Position numbers and translations under genes: made by a program. Of a stretch of 64,000 bases of DNA, positions 63,109 through 64,000 are shown in pieces. Each line of letters starts with the position of its first letter. Within the stretch, counting starts at the first letter, position 1. The stretch is from an uncultured Alphaproteobacteria bacterium (GTDB taxonomy: Bacteria > Pseudomonadota > Alphaproteobacteria > HIMB59 > GCA-002718135): contig CACGUF010000004.1 of NCBI GenBank assembly GCA_902576125.1, forward strand, positions 363 to 64,362. Direction: 5' to 3'. The notes beneath the pieces were generated by a model that searched no databases, was not told the DNA's origin, and saw only the letters and a list, made by a program, of their open reading frames with translations.

Positions 63109-64000
63109 TTATGCTTCCAAATTTAATATAGATCTAGAAAAGTTTTTAGCACTAAAGTCTGTTAAGTCTTCAGGTTTTTCTCCAAGACCGATGTAGCTTA
63201 TAGGTATTTCATACTTATTTGCAATTGAAATTAAGGCTCCACCTTTAGCAGTACCATCTAATTTTGTAATAATTATGCTTGAAACATCTAATTCTTTACC
63301 AAATATATCAACTTGCTTAATCATGTTGGATCCATTGGTTCCGTCTAAAACTAGAATTGTCTCAATTGTAGCTTTGGAATCTATTTTTGAGACAACATTT
63401 TTTAACTTAACTAATTGATTTACTAAATTTTTATTATTAGATAATCTGCCTGCTGTATCAATAATTAAATAATTATAATTTTCATTATAAAATTTTTCAG
63501 TAGCTTGAAAAGCAACACTTGCAGGATCTTGATTGGCATTTCCTGAAAAAAAATCATTGTTACTATTATCTGCCCAATTTTTTAATTGATTGATAGCAGC
63601 AGCCCTAAATGTATCACAAGCTGCAATTAAGATTTTTTTTTCATCACTTATTTGACTTGCAATTTTACCTATCGTTGTTGTTTTTCCGCTTCCATTAACA
63701 CCAATAAAAATTAAAATTTTTGGATTCTCATCATTTTCTTCAAATATTTTTCTCTCTCTGGGTTGAAGTATTATTTCAATTTCTTTAGCTAATGTTTCAA
63801 GAACAGTGTTTGTGATATCTTGATTTGATCTATTAACTTTACTTACCGAATTTATTAATTTTTCTACTACATCTAAACTTATATCAGCTGAGATCAAAAT
63901 AGACTCTAATTCTTCTAAAGTTTCGCTATCAATTTTTTTATTTTGAAATGATTTAAGTATGTTAGAAGATAAAAAATTTGATGTTTTTTGAAGATTGTTT
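63109..64000 (-). CDS. ftsY: Signal recognition particle receptor FtsY (N-terminus beyond the window edge)
   Basis: NG domain GVNGSGKTTTIGKIA, DTAGRL and ITKLDGTAKGG. The frame stays open upstream of the track's TTG at 63897 (…NLQKTSNFLSSNILKSFQNKKIDSETLEELESILISADISLD) to position 64000. Confidence 0.9.
   Translation of the reverse strand, partial: NNLQKTSNFLSSNILKSFQNKKIDSETLEELESILISADISLDVVEKLINSVSKVNRSNQDITNTVLETLAKEIEIILQPRERKIFEENDENPKILIFIGVNGSGKTTTIGKIASQISDEKKILIAACDTFRAAAINQLKNWADNSNNDFFSGNANQDPASVAFQATEKFYNENYNYLIIDTAGRLSNNKNLVNQLVKLKNVVSKIDSKATIETILVLDGTNGSNMIKQVDIFGKELDVSSIIITKLDGTAKGGALISIANKYEIPISYIGLGEKPEDLTDFSAKNFSRSILNLEA

Overview
The window is visibly very AT-rich (roughly 30% GC by eye, not computed) and extremely gene-dense. 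It holds about 65 protein genes and one tRNA, and no rRNA. Most genes are separated by less than 100 nt or overlap at ATGA/GTGA/TAATG stop-start junctions. Gene content and local synteny are alphaproteobacterial: DUF3576-leuS, ftsK-lolA, rsmB-heparinase-like-purH, tsaD beside a Mic60-like/HemY-like pair, RpoE-ChrR, fdxA-carD, rpoH, gcrA, and a contiguous ccmABCDEFGH operon. Together with the base composition and streamlining, this suggests a SAR11/Pelagibacterales-type chromosome segment (inference only). Most of the window is core housekeeping: leuS, ftsK, purH, acs, tsaD, argG, folD, acnA, pgk, ftsY and cytochrome c maturation. I saw no transposase, integrase, phage gene, CRISPR array, toxin-antitoxin pair or recognisable defence system.

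The non-housekeeping signal is a dispersed set of putative macromolecule-modifying enzymes: four GT9-like genes (two with TPR fusions), one GT8-like gene, two sulfotransferases (one with a TPR fusion), an FkbM methyltransferase and a TIGR02466-type 2OG oxygenase.

The best candidates for something undescribed are:
1. The tandem TPR+GT9-like pair at 27368-30939, together with a three-gene modification islet next to tRNA-Gly at 10813-13926. These may be protein-directed glycosylation/sulfation enzymes of unknown substrate.
2. A metallophosphoesterase-like protein at 53891-54703, between carD and rpoH, in which every metal-ligand motif appears substituted.
3. A KAAP-repeat histone-H1-like gene at 46787-47011, with tandem coding repeats and a GC-rich structured leader inside an unusually long intergenic region.

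All functional calls come from motif recognition by eye on the supplied translations. None has been verified by database search.
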